Of a stretch of DNA of 64,000 nucleotides, positions 20,137 to 29,895 are shown piece after piece. The notes below the pieces were generated by a model. It had not been told where the DNA came from, did no database searches, and saw only the letters and a list, made by a program, of their open reading frames with translations. Position 1 is the first letter of the stretch. Every line of letters starts with the position of its first letter. The position numbers and the translations under genes are program-made. The stretch is taken from assembly GCA_024276605.1 (NCBI GenBank), contig JAJRWX010000005.1:49-64048 (forward strand), given 5' to 3'. The DNA comes from Planctomycetota bacterium (lineage in GTDB: Bacteria; Planctomycetota; Phycisphaerae; UBA1845).

Positions 20137-21255
20137 ATGGAAAGTGGGATGGATTCGATACTAGCAGCTTCATCAACACTAGACAGCGTTAAACATTTTA
20201 TCAACGTCGCTTGTGAGCCACACTGGTTTTTAATCATATCAGTGTTGGCATTCTTCATCTTCCTGATCGGATATCGCACTTGGACAAAGCCGATCGTGGC
20301 AGGCACGGTGAGTGCGCTGGCTACTTTGTTTTTCCTGGCTAGTTGTGCGGATACCAACTTCGCAAAAATTGTCACTAAAGCGGATAATGTCCCCATCGTC
20401 ATCATGATGGTCACAGTGAGTTTCCTTCTTTGGCTGGCCTTTCGGCAGGCAGCTATCAATGACGAGCGCATGGAAAAAGGTGAGCCACTGATCGAAGCCG
20501 GCGCTGACGACAAAGTGCTTGTTTGGCCGGATCTCGTATATAGTGAACTAATCGCCTTGGTTCTGTGTACCGCACTGCTCATCGTCTGGGCTATCATATT
20601 ACGTGCACCACTGGAACAACCGGCGGACCCCAACGTCGCCCCAAACCCGGCTAAGGCGCCGTGGTACTTCCTCGGCTTGCAGGAAATGCTGGTGTATTTC
20701 GACCCTTGGCTCGCAGGCGTAGTATTTCCAGGACTTATTATTGTAGGGCTCCTTGCCATTCCGTACATCGACAAAAACCCCAGAGGCAATGGGTATTACA
20801 CGTTCAAAGAACGTAAGTTCGCCATTACCACGTTCCTGTTTGGGTTTGTCATATTGTGGGTGGTGTTGATCATTTTCGGCACTTTTCTACGAGGACCAAA
20901 CTGGAACTTCTTCGGCCCTTACGAGTTTTGGGATCCCCACCGACCTGCGGCCCTACTCAACACGGAATTTCACGATTTATTTTGGGTCAATACACTCGGT
21001 CGACCATTGCCTGGTCATTATCTAATACGTGAACTTCCGGGCATCGTATTACTTGGGGCTTACTTCATGCTTGGCCCGGTCATTATGAAATGGTTGTTTT
21101 TCAGAAAGATTTCACGCGACATCGGATTTATACGTTACAGTGTCTTGTGCGTATTGATCCTGTTTATGTTACTCATGCCGATCAAGATGGTGCTCCGTTG
21201 GACGTTGAACCTTCACTACATCGTCGGCATTACGGAATGGTTCTTAAATGTGTAG
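20137..21255 (+). CDS. Cytochrome b C-terminal half / subunit-IV-like protein, extended
   Basis: 372-aa polytopic membrane protein. It carries a PEWY-equivalent motif (KAPWYFLGLQEML). It is longer than canonical PetD because of extra TM helices. Confidence 0.8.
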   Translation: MESGMDSILAASSTLDSVKHFINVACEPHWFLIISVLAFFIFLIGYRTWTKPIVAGTVSALATLFFLASCADTNFAKIVTKADNVPIVIMMVTVSFLLWLAFRQAAINDERMEKGEPLIEAGADDKVLVWPDLVYSELIALVLCTALLIVWAIILRAPLEQPADPNVAPNPAKAPWYFLGLQEMLVYFDPWLAGVVFPGLIIVGLLAIPYIDKNPRGNGYYTFKERKFAITTFLFGFVILWVVLIIFGTFLRGPNWNFFGPYEFWDPHRPAALLNTEFHDLFWVNTLGRPLPGHYLIRELPGIVLLGAYFMLGPVIMKWLFFRKISRDIGFIRYSVLCVLILFMLLMPIKMVLRWTLNLHYIVGITEWFLNV

Positions 21256-21320
21256 ATTTCGCGCATGGCGCGCGGCATAGTTAACCCAAAATAGCCTTAT
21301 CGATCGTGGATTAGAGCATC

Positions 21321-24300
21321 ATGCCGATTCCTGAAAGTTTCCTGTATCGCCCGGAAAAGATAAACGTCTGGTTCGCCGTCAGCAGTGTATTGATGGCCCT
21401 CACTATCGGATGGTTTATAGCCGTCGACTATATTCGTCCCTGGCACGAATACCAAGACGACTATTACGTCGCCAAAGCCGCTATTGCGCATCTGGACTAT
21501 CTGGATGCCATGAAACAGGAGAACCAGCAAAAAATCGATGAAGCGAAAGTGCGTCGAGATGACGCCCAGGAATATATTGATAGCACGGCATCTGAACAAT
21601 TGGCCATGCTCGATGAGAATTTAATCAAAGCTGAGCTGGAATTCAAGAAAGCCAACGCCAATTTCAGTGCAACGTCACAGGTGCTCGATGTGACGCGGGC
21701 CGGGTATGAAGAAATCCTGGCTCAATACGGTGAGCAACATGCCATCACACAGAAATCTCATAAGCAGGTCCGCCTTGAAGAGGATCTTGTCGCAGGGTAT
21801 CAGCAGGATAAAGAACTTTGGGAAGACCGTGTCGCGGAGATTGAGACGCAAATCAAACAGTTGCTCGCCCCGCTCACATCAGCCGAAAAACAGCTTCGCG
21901 ATTTAGAGGCCATAGCCGCGGAAGCCCTCCAGAAAGACCAGCAGTACCGAGGCGTTCTAGACGATGAGGGATTGCTAGGCGGCTTGCCGATCGTCAGTTC
22001 TGTTATCAATGCGCCGTTACTTGACTTTGTCTCTCCTAGAAACACACCGGCTCGCTACCAGGTAAACCAACTGGTACTGCCCGAGATTCGCCAACAACTC
22101 AATTACTTAGTCACCTACACGACCGACCGCTGCACGACCTGTCATTTAGGCATCGCAGATCCGGACTTCTCAAAGGACCGATTAGCCCAGCGATTGGAAC
22201 GATCCCTTCCAGGCATTTTGGAAGCCATGCAACGCATGGGACAAGACCCACCGGACCTTCCCTCGCCACCGAAAACGACTACCGGCACCCCTATTCCTGC
22301 CGGTCAGGTCACGGAACACTGGCAGGAATTAAGCAGACAGCAGCAGGATGATTATTTTGATACGCTGCTGCGCATGGTCAACGAATATTTTAAGGCTAGC
22401 GGGCGCAAGACCATTGAACTGGGCCAACCTTTACTCGCCCACCCGGACCTCGATTTATACGTGTCCGTTGAATCTCCACATCCCATGGCCAAGGTAGGGT
22501 GTACCGTTTGCCATGAGGGCAATCCTCAAGAAACCGATTTCGTTCTTGCCGCCCACACACCACCCACCCACGAAATTGAGGAGGAGTGGGCCGATAAGTA
22601 TTATGATGTCAACCTGGGCGTTCCGACAGCGACATTCGATCTTGTCGAACATTATTGGGATCGCCCCATGCAATTACCGAGGCACAGCGAAGCAGGATGC
22701 GCCAAGTGTCATAGTCAAATCACCGATATTTCCCGCCACCATGAAAAAAATGTAGGGACGATGCTCAATCGTGGCCGCCAATTGTTCACATCGGTCGGCT
22801 GCGTGAACTGTCACACGGAAGACACCATGCCCAACGCACGGCGTGTGGGTCCGGACCTCAGACATATTGCGTCTAAATTGCGTCGCGATTTTGTCGAGCC
22901 TTGGGTTATGTTTCCGCAAAAATTCCGACCTTCCACACGCATGCCGCATTTTTTCTTGCAGGAAAACAATCGGGAAGGGAGTGAGAACCAATTCGATCCC
23001 CATCCATTGTTGCGCAGCGAAACAGAAACCGCTGCCATTGCGCAGTATCTATTTGCTTTGTCCAGTGACTTTTCACCGCTGGAAAAACTCGATGATGTCG
23101 AAGGTGACGTCGAACGGGGTCGCACGTTATTTAAGTCGTTTGGTTGCCTGGCCTGCCATGGCAATATCGCGGAATTCGGGGAAACCTGGATCACGAAAGA
23201 CTTACAACACCGCCTCGATCTAGACGAGAAAACAGCCGGATTCCGCTACAAAGGTATGACTTACATCGAGCGTGTGAAGTATGCCATGGAGCATTTCGGC
23301 TCTGAGTCCGACGGTGTTTTTGACGCGGATCGCGTACGATTCGAGCCGGATCAAGATTATAAACCGCCGACTTTCAGCCGATTTGCACCAGAACTCTCCG
23401 GCATTGGTTCAAAAGTGACGTCCGCATGGCTGTACTCCTGGTTAATGAAACCCGCGCATTATGCCCCTGACACGAAAATGCCCAATATGAGGCTAACCAG
23501 TGCGGACGCCGCCGACATCACCGCCTATCTTATGACGCTTCGGAACGAATCGTTCCAACAAGATCGCATCGACATGAATGCCGACCGTCTCAAGATGGCT
23601 GACGACCTCATATTCACACTGTTGACCGCTCAGCGTAGTGAGCGCCGCAGTCGGGCCATCATGCAGGATGAAGGTCAAGAACTCACTAATATGCTCATAG
23701 CTTTATTAGAACCTTCGTTGGGGCAGCAACCGGCCTATGATTTAATCTCTGCCCAGACGCTCGAAGATAAAAAACTTACCTTTTTGGGCAGCAAAATGAT
23801 TGGTCATTATGGCTGCTATGCCTGCCATAATATTACCGGCTTTGAAACGACCACCCCACCGGGTACAAATCTGACCACGTGGGCACAAAAACCTATCTCG
23901 CAGCTTGATTTCGCGTTTTACAATTACGCGTTCCATCACATGCGAGAGGAAAAAGAAGATGTCTTCGGCCATCTTTATCCTCCAGGGTCGGAAACAGATC
24001 CGGAAGATGTGAACTACTGGTCTCCAGGCATCAACCCACGGGAACAGATCACACATACACATTCCGCTTTCGCCAAACACAAGTTGCGTAATCCACGGTT
24101 GTGGGATAGGGAGAAAATCAAGAAGCCCTACGACAAGTTAAAAATGCCCAACTTCTACCTGACGGACGATGAAGCTGAAACGTTGACAACATTTTTGCTC
24201 TCTCGCAAACCCGCCCTGGTTAGCGAATCGCTACAGATTGATTATCAGCAGAATAGCCTGGGCGCTATCGCCAAAGGGCGAGAACTCACGCGAGAACTGA

Positions 24301-25550
24301 ATTGTATAGCGTGCCATCAAATCGAAGAAAATGCCCCTATCATCCAACAGTATTTCTCACAAGAAATATCAGGCATAAGAATGTTCGACGCCGTCAATGC
24401 CCCTCCGCTTCTATGGGGTGAAGGGGCTAAGATCCAACACCATTGGCTGGACAAATTCCTGCATAATGTAGTACCGTTACGTCCTTGGTTACAAGTACGC
24501 ATGCCAAGCTTTAACTTGACCAAGGCACAGTCTTCGACCTTGGTTGAATACTTCGCCGCGCTGAGTCAACACGACTCTAAACATCTGGACAAGATGACCA
24601 AGCCAGTACATGAATACATCGCAGACGAGAAAAAACGTGCAGCGCATCTTGGGGTGGCAGGTGAAGAAACTCCTTCAGATTCGGAACCGGGATTGGACTG
24701 GTATCAGCAAGAATCCCTATCTTCCATCGCTAAAAATCTACGTCATTGGTCAATTGAGCATAAAGTGATGAGGTCCAGCGAACTAGACCTATTGAGGAAG
24801 TCACCCAAGCAGCTTCGCCAAGCCCATAAGAAATTATTGGAACGTGTTGATTTTCTCACCAGCCTATACGACGTTGAATATCCGTTCGTTGAGCCTACCC
24901 AGTCGCTATCACCGGATGATCGATTCGAAACCGGAAGCAAGTTTTTCAATGACATGGGCTGCTTGAAATGTCACGTATTCGGCGACATGCTGCCAGGACC
25001 GGCCAAGACGACTGACGAATTTGTCAATGTCTACCGCTTAGATGGCGTTCGCGGCGAAGGTGAATCAGCCACGGCTATCATCAACGGCATACCCTATTCC
25101 ATTGGTAGCATCATTGATGGCCACACACTCATCAGCGCGGAAAACATCTTCTACGATACCGGCGATGTTGAAACTAAAGCGATCTTTTCAGGTCCGAATG
25201 CTGCTGGAGAGATGGAAAACATACTGCTAGTGGCAGCCAGCGCCCCCAATCTCGCCTTGACTCATCAGCGATTGCAGCGTGACTGGGTAGTCGGTTGGAT
25301 GCTTGTCCCTCAGCTCATTCAGCCTGGTACGAAGATGCCGCAAAACTTCCCGGGCGGCGAAAGCCCCTTCGCAGGCTCAGAAGAGTACCCAGGAACAGGT
25401 GAGGACCATATCAATCTACTTGTGGATTACCTCTACGATGCCGGGGTTAAAGGTGTCCGATCGCCGCTAACCAAGATTACCCTCGAGGAGGATGACGGCG
25501 AATTTGACGATGAAGAAGGATTTGACGACGAAGAAGAGTTTGACGACTAG
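21321..25550 (+). CDS. Membrane-anchored octahaem cytochrome c (1409 aa) of the bc-type operon
   Basis: It has an N-terminal TM helix and then about 190 aa of heptad-like Glu/Lys/Gln-rich sequence. Eight CxxCH motifs are present: CTTCH, CTVCH, CAKCH, CVNCH, CLACH, CYACH, CIACH, CLKCH. The C-terminal tail is EEDDGEFDDEEGFDDEEEFDD. Confidence 0.85.
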   Translation: MPIPESFLYRPEKINVWFAVSSVLMALTIGWFIAVDYIRPWHEYQDDYYVAKAAIAHLDYLDAMKQENQQKIDEAKVRRDDAQEYIDSTASEQLAMLDENLIKAELEFKKANANFSATSQVLDVTRAGYEEILAQYGEQHAITQKSHKQVRLEEDLVAGYQQDKELWEDRVAEIETQIKQLLAPLTSAEKQLRDLEAIAAEALQKDQQYRGVLDDEGLLGGLPIVSSVINAPLLDFVSPRNTPARYQVNQLVLPEIRQQLNYLVTYTTDRCTTCHLGIADPDFSKDRLAQRLERSLPGILEAMQRMGQDPPDLPSPPKTTTGTPIPAGQVTEHWQELSRQQQDDYFDTLLRMVNEYFKASGRKTIELGQPLLAHPDLDLYVSVESPHPMAKVGCTVCHEGNPQETDFVLAAHTPPTHEIEEEWADKYYDVNLGVPTATFDLVEHYWDRPMQLPRHSEAGCAKCHSQITDISRHHEKNVGTMLNRGRQLFTSVGCVNCHTEDTMPNARRVGPDLRHIASKLRRDFVEPWVMFPQKFRPSTRMPHFFLQENNREGSENQFDPHPLLRSETETAAIAQYLFALSSDFSPLEKLDDVEGDVERGRTLFKSFGCLACHGNIAEFGETWITKDLQHRLDLDEKTAGFRYKGMTYIERVKYAMEHFGSESDGVFDADRVRFEPDQDYKPPTFSRFAPELSGIGSKVTSAWLYSWLMKPAHYAPDTKMPNMRLTSADAADITAYLMTLRNESFQQDRIDMNADRLKMADDLIFTLLTAQRSERRSRAIMQDEGQELTNMLIALLEPSLGQQPAYDLISAQTLEDKKLTFLGSKMIGHYGCYACHNITGFETTTPPGTNLTTWAQKPISQLDFAFYNYAFHHMREEKEDVFGHLYPPGSETDPEDVNYWSPGINPREQITHTHSAFAKHKLRNPRLWDREKIKKPYDKLKMPNFYLTDDEAETLTTFLLSRKPALVSESLQIDYQQNSLGAIAKGRELTRELNCIACHQIEENAPIIQQYFSQEISGIRMFDAVNAPPLLWGEGAKIQHHWLDKFLHNVVPLRPWLQVRMPSFNLTKAQSSTLVEYFAALSQHDSKHLDKMTKPVHEYIADEKKRAAHLGVAGEETPSDSEPGLDWYQQESLSSIAKNLRHWSIEHKVMRSSELDLLRKSPKQLRQAHKKLLERVDFLTSLYDVEYPFVEPTQSLSPDDRFETGSKFFNDMGCLKCHVFGDMLPGPAKTTDEFVNVYRLDGVRGEGESATAIINGIPYSIGSIIDGHTLISAENIFYDTGDVETKAIFSGPNAAGEMENILLVAASAPNLALTHQRLQRDWVVGWMLVPQLIQPGTKMPQNFPGGESPFAGSEEYPGTGEDHINLLVDYLYDAGVKGVRSPLTKITLEEDDGEFDDEEGFDDEEEFDD

Positions 25551-25649
25551 TATGCCCCTCAATTAGAAACAACAAAACACTTGCCATCGCAGGCGTGATC
25601 GCATACAACCCCTGCCTGAAGAATGGGAAGATGCAAGGAGAATAGACCA

Positions 25650-26384
25650 ATGAAACTGAGTATGATAACACTAGCCGCGGCCTTTGCGATCAATACGATT
25701 ACGTTCACCCCGACCCCCTGTCAGGCAGGTGATAAAAATGTGATCACGGGTAAGATTATTTTCAAAGGTGACCTAGCCAAATACAAGCGTACTAAAATTA
25801 ACACCTCAAAAGATCCGAATTGTAAAAAATCCAAAAAAACAATCGGCTCTGAAAAAGTCATTATCAACAAAAAAACTGACCCTCTTACTTTGCGAAACGT
25901 CGTTGTCTCCATCAAGAGTGGGCTGGGCGACAAAGTATTCCCTGTATCAAAGGAGGAACTCAAGGTCACTCAATTCGGATGTCAGTACAAACCGCATATC
26001 ATTGCCGGGCAGTCCGGTCAAACACTACGTATCCTTAACGGCGATAACACAAATCATAACATCCACTTTCTGCCCAAAGTCAACGACGAGCATAATTTTA
26101 CGCAACCCAAGAAGGACATGGTAAAAGGCAAAACCATCGTTCTCAAAGCTGAAGATCCGTTTAAGGTTAAGTGCGACGTTCATCCTTGGATGAACTGTTA
26201 TATAGCTGTATTTGAGCATCCTTTCTTTGATGTCACGGGTAAGGATGGTACATTCAAACTTGCAGGCATGCCCGATGGCAGTTATACCATCCAAGCATGG
26301 CATGAATCCTTTGGTACGGTTACCGCTGAGGCGGAGATATCCGGTAATACCATTGTAACTAAGGACATGACGTTTGAACCATAA
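25650..26384 (+). CDS. Lys-rich amicyanin-like cupredoxin with a carboxypeptidase-regulatory-like C-terminal domain
   Basis: An AAGGAG Shine-Dalgarno lies 8 nt before the ATG at 25650. A signal peptide is present. The type-1 Cu pattern is NHNIHF...CDVHPWM (C-x2-H-x2-M, as in amicyanin CTPHPFM). The mature N-terminus has 14 Lys in about 52 residues. Confidence 0.75.
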   Translation: MKLSMITLAAAFAINTITFTPTPCQAGDKNVITGKIIFKGDLAKYKRTKINTSKDPNCKKSKKTIGSEKVIINKKTDPLTLRNVVVSIKSGLGDKVFPVSKEELKVTQFGCQYKPHIIAGQSGQTLRILNGDNTNHNIHFLPKVNDEHNFTQPKKDMVKGKTIVLKAEDPFKVKCDVHPWMNCYIAVFEHPFFDVTGKDGTFKLAGMPDGSYTIQAWHESFGTVTAEAEISGNTIVTKDMTFEP

Positions 26385-26458
26385 CCTTCATCACCTTAGC
26401 GTGATTGAGTGACAGTTATGGCAGTTAAAACATAGTAATGTCCGTTGGCTGCGCGGTT

Positions 26459-26618
26459 AGCGTCGCTGTCGAACACAGGGCCGGAACGGCAACAGTCGTT
26501 GTCGTCATTGTATTGCGTTTGTGAAAGAGTATATTCGTATTCGTTAGCGAACATGGCCGGTGTCGCTGACGAACTTAGGGCCGGATGATAATAGTCGTTA
26601 TCATCATTGCATTGCATT
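26459..26618. repeat. Two ~60-bp direct repeats exactly 100 bp apart in the cupredoxin-coxB spacer, each with a small hairpin
   Basis: R1 (26459-26518) is gcgtcgctgtcgaacacagggccggaacggcaacagtcgttgtcgtcattgtattgcg. R2 (26559-26618) is gtgtcgctgacgaacttagggccggatgataatagtcgttatcatcattgcattgca. The stems ggcaac/gttgtc and gataat/gttatc differ by paired changes. Confidence 0.6.
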
Positions 26619-26636
26619 AGTAAAAGGAAGGCGGAC

Positions 26637-27518
26637 ATGAATCGTTCGCGTATCATCGGTGTAGCTACTGTCATTGTGGTCATTGTTTGTATGATGGCTC
26701 CCACCGTTGTCTTAGGACAAACGGATGGTCCCGTTGCCTCCGGCCACATCATTGATGGTGATTATGGGTATGGCATGCCGCCCAATGCCTCTAAGGATGG
26801 CCATAACGTTGACAATCTCATCCACATTTTACATTGGTTTATGCTTGCCTTATTTGTGGCATGGGGCATCTTTTTCGTATATTGCTTGATGCGTTTTCGC
26901 GCAAGGGCGGGTCACCGAGCCACGTACGATCCCGTCAAAGCGAAGGTTTCCAAATATGCGGAAATCGGCGTCGCAGCCTTTGAAGCCTTTTTGTTAATCG
27001 GATTATCGATGCCAATATGGGCGGCCACGAAAAATGAGCCACCGGCGAAAGAACTGGCTACACACGTACGTGTCGTAGCGGAACAGTTTCAGTGGAATTT
27101 TCACTATCCTGGAACGGATGGAACTTTCGGACGGACGGCCGCGGCATTTGTAGACACGGTTGACAATCCATTGGGACTTGACCGTAGTGATCCAGCAGCC
27201 GAAGACGATGTATTCGCAACCGAATTACACCTTCCCGTGAATAAGCCGGTCATTTGTGACCTGACCTCCAAGGACGTCATTCACAGCTTCTTTCTGCCTG
27301 TGATGCGCGTCAAGCAAGACGTCATTCCCGGCATGCGTATTCCGGTTTGGTTTACGCCGGTCAAAGAGGGACGCTATGAAGTAGCCTGTGCCCAGTTATG
27401 TGGCAATAACCATTATTCTATGCGGGCGGAGATGGTGATCGAAGACGATGCCTCTTTCGCCACATGGCTTGAAGAAGTCGGCAAAGTGGAAGAGTTCGAC
27501 GAAGACGAGCTGGACTAG
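26637..27518 (+). CDS. ctaC: Cytochrome c oxidase subunit II (no fused cytochrome c domain)
   Basis: The start at MNRSRIIG is preceded by an AAGGAAGG Shine-Dalgarno. It has two TM helices and the CuA site CAQLCGNNHYSM. The acidic C-terminus is VEEFDEDELD. Confidence 0.9.
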   Translation: MNRSRIIGVATVIVVIVCMMAPTVVLGQTDGPVASGHIIDGDYGYGMPPNASKDGHNVDNLIHILHWFMLALFVAWGIFFVYCLMRFRARAGHRATYDPVKAKVSKYAEIGVAAFEAFLLIGLSMPIWAATKNEPPAKELATHVRVVAEQFQWNFHYPGTDGTFGRTAAAFVDTVDNPLGLDRSDPAAEDDVFATELHLPVNKPVICDLTSKDVIHSFFLPVMRVKQDVIPGMRIPVWFTPVKEGRYEVACAQLCGNNHYSMRAEMVIEDDASFATWLEEVGKVEEFDEDELD

Positions 27519-27528
27519 GAACTTATTG

Positions 27529-29259
27529 ATGAGCGGCGATCACCACCACGAACCAAGCTTTATACGCAAATACGTATTTTCCGTCGATCACAAAGTGATT
27601 GGCATTCAATACGGCGTTACGGCGCTTTGTTTCCTATTTCTCGGCTTTTGTTTGATTATGATGATGCGCTGGCAACTTGCCTATCCTGGCGAAACCATGC
27701 CCATCATTGGCAATCTATTTGGCGAAGCAGCTATGCCCGGTGGCGTAATGTTGCCTGAGTTCTACAACTCTTTAGGTGCCATGCACGGTACGATCATGAT
27801 CTTCTTAGGCGTTGTCCCGCTTCTGGTTGGGGCCTTTGGCAACTATGTCATGCCGTTGCAGATCGGTGCCCCGGACATGGCCTTCCCCAAGCTTAATATG
27901 TTAAGCTACTGGTCTTACTTTCTCGGCGGGGTTGTGATGCTAGCCAGTTTTTTCGTGCCCGGCGGCGCAGCCAATTCCGGTTGGACTTCATATCCACCTT
28001 TGTCGGACATTGCCACTACCGGCCAAACATGGTGGCTCTTCGGCATGGTTTGTCTTATCACCTCTTCTTTGCTTGGCTCGGTGAACTTCATTGTAACCAT
28101 CGTGCAATTACGGGTCGAAGGCTTGACTATGTTCCGTTTGCCCTTTTTCGTATGGGCTCAGTTAATTACTTCATTCCTGCTATTACTTGCGTTTCCACCG
28201 CTTGAAGCAGCCGGCGTATTACAATTGATGGACCGCCTTGCGGGTACGAGCTTCTTTCTTCCTGAAGGCCTTGTAGTCAGCGGTGTCGTCCAAACACAGA
28301 TATCCGGTGGTGGTAGCCCTATATTGTGGCAGCACTTGTTCTGGTTCCTAGCTCATCCCGAGGTCTATGTACTTATTCTACCGGCGATGGGCATGGTCGC
28401 AGAGATCATCTCTATCAATACACGCAAGCCATTGTGGGGCTATCGAGCGATGATCTATTCCACCATTTTTCTAGGTTTTATGTCCTTCATCGTCTGGGCA
28501 CATCACATGTTCATGACAGGTATGGGCACGAAAATAAGTGCCTTCTTTGCCACAACTACAATGATCATTTCAATCCCTTCAGTCGTTATTTTAACCGCCA
28601 TGGTCATTAGCCTTTACCAAGGTGCCATTCGCTTTACTGTCCCTATGTTATTCGCCCTGGCTTTTTTGCCGATGTTCGCCATTGGCGGTTTGACCGGGCT
28701 TCCGCTGGGCTTACCCGCCTCTGACATCCATTTGCATGATACATATTACGTCATAGGTCATTTTCATTACGTCGTCGCACCGGGCACCATATTTGCCATA
28801 TTCGCTGGCATCTATCACTGGTTCCCCAAAATCACCGGTCGCACGTTGAATAAAACGCTAGGATACATTCACTTCGCGTTCTCTTTCATCTTCATCAATA
28901 TCATATTCATGCCCATGTTCTGGCAAGGTATGGCCGGTGTTTCCCGGCGACTGTACGACCAAACGGTGTACGCTCATGGCGATGCCGTGCAGTCTCTAAC
29001 CGTGATTTCTTCATGGGGCGCGTGGATGCTTGGGCTTGCACAAATTCCATTTATCATCAACTTTTTCATTAGCATCAAAGCCGGCAAAAAAGTGTCCGAC
29101 AATCCGTGGGAAGCAACAACACTCGAATGGTCCGCCCCTTCGCCGCCTCCGCATGGCAACTTTGCCACCGTCCCGGTCGTCTACCGCGGGCCTTATGAAT
29201 ATAGCGTACCTGGCGCTAGTAGCGATTATATTCCTCAACACATAACTACGGAGGCTTGA
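27529..29259 (+). CDS. ctaD: Cytochrome c oxidase subunit I
   Basis: The start at MSGDHHHEPSF is at 27529. Canonical haem-copper oxidase motifs are present: WFLAHPEVYVLILP, WAHHMF and GHFHYV. Confidence 0.95.
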   Translation: MSGDHHHEPSFIRKYVFSVDHKVIGIQYGVTALCFLFLGFCLIMMMRWQLAYPGETMPIIGNLFGEAAMPGGVMLPEFYNSLGAMHGTIMIFLGVVPLLVGAFGNYVMPLQIGAPDMAFPKLNMLSYWSYFLGGVVMLASFFVPGGAANSGWTSYPPLSDIATTGQTWWLFGMVCLITSSLLGSVNFIVTIVQLRVEGLTMFRLPFFVWAQLITSFLLLLAFPPLEAAGVLQLMDRLAGTSFFLPEGLVVSGVVQTQISGGGSPILWQHLFWFLAHPEVYVLILPAMGMVAEIISINTRKPLWGYRAMIYSTIFLGFMSFIVWAHHMFMTGMGTKISAFFATTTMIISIPSVVILTAMVISLYQGAIRFTVPMLFALAFLPMFAIGGLTGLPLGLPASDIHLHDTYYVIGHFHYVVAPGTIFAIFAGIYHWFPKITGRTLNKTLGYIHFAFSFIFINIIFMPMFWQGMAGVSRRLYDQTVYAHGDAVQSLTVISSWGAWMLGLAQIPFIINFFISIKAGKKVSDNPWEATTLEWSAPSPPPHGNFATVPVVYRGPYEYSVPGASSDYIPQHITTEA

Positions 29260-29263
29260 TTCA

Positions 29264-29884
29264 GTGTCAGCCGAGGTTCTTCCATATACTGTTAAACCGC
29301 ATCCCGTCACCGGCTTGTACAATGGCAAGTTCGGTATTTGGCTGTTTCTTGCCTCCGAGGTAATGCTCTTTGGCGCGTTGTTTTCAACCTATATCTTCCT
29401 GCGTATTGGTGCCCCGGAAACCGGACCAACCGCGTGGCCCACGGGTGAGCAAACCCATCTGAGCTGGAAGCTTGGCGGATTGAACACGCTCATTCTTATT
29501 CTTTCCAGCGTGACCATGGTCATGGCCTGGGTCCAATTCAAGATGGACAATCTCGCTAAGGGGCGCATGTACTTGATTGCCACAGCTGTTTTAGCCATAG
29601 CCTTTGTGGCTATTAAGCTGAAGTTTGAATATATGCATAAGTTTCATCTGGGTATCAAACCCTCCACCAGCGTCTTTTTCGCTATTTACTTTACCATGAC
29701 GGGACTGCACGCACTGCATATCATTGGCGGCGTCGTCGTGATCGCTTATTTCATCGGTCCCGGTGCAAAGCTTTGGCATGAAAACCGCGAATATTACACA
29801 AATCGAATTGAATGCACCGGCCTGTACTGGCACTTTGTCGATCTTGTTTGGATTTTTCTGTTTCCCATTCTCTATTTACTGTAG
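29264..29884 (+). CDS. ctaE: Cytochrome c oxidase subunit III
   Basis: 206-aa ORF with a GTG start and five TM helices. It carries WLFLASEVMLFGALF and the terminal YWHFVDLVWIFLFP motif. Confidence 0.9.
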   Translation: MSAEVLPYTVKPHPVTGLYNGKFGIWLFLASEVMLFGALFSTYIFLRIGAPETGPTAWPTGEQTHLSWKLGGLNTLILILSSVTMVMAWVQFKMDNLAKGRMYLIATAVLAIAFVAIKLKFEYMHKFHLGIKPSTSVFFAIYFTMTGLHALHIIGGVVVIAYFIGPGAKLWHENREYYTNRIECTGLYWHFVDLVWIFLFPILYLL

Positions 29885-29895
29885 GAGATCAGGTC

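Noticed and set aside
20103-20789. 228-aa minus-strand ORF
   Set aside because: It lies antisense to the polytopic cytochrome b C-terminal/subunit-IV-like gene inside a tightly packed plus-strand operon.
26396-26752. 118-aa minus-strand ORF spanning the cupredoxin-coxB spacer
   Set aside because: Its internal duplication (NDDNDYYHPAL / NDDNDCCRSGP) is simply the translation of the two DNA repeats. It overlaps the coxB start and has no ribosome-binding site.
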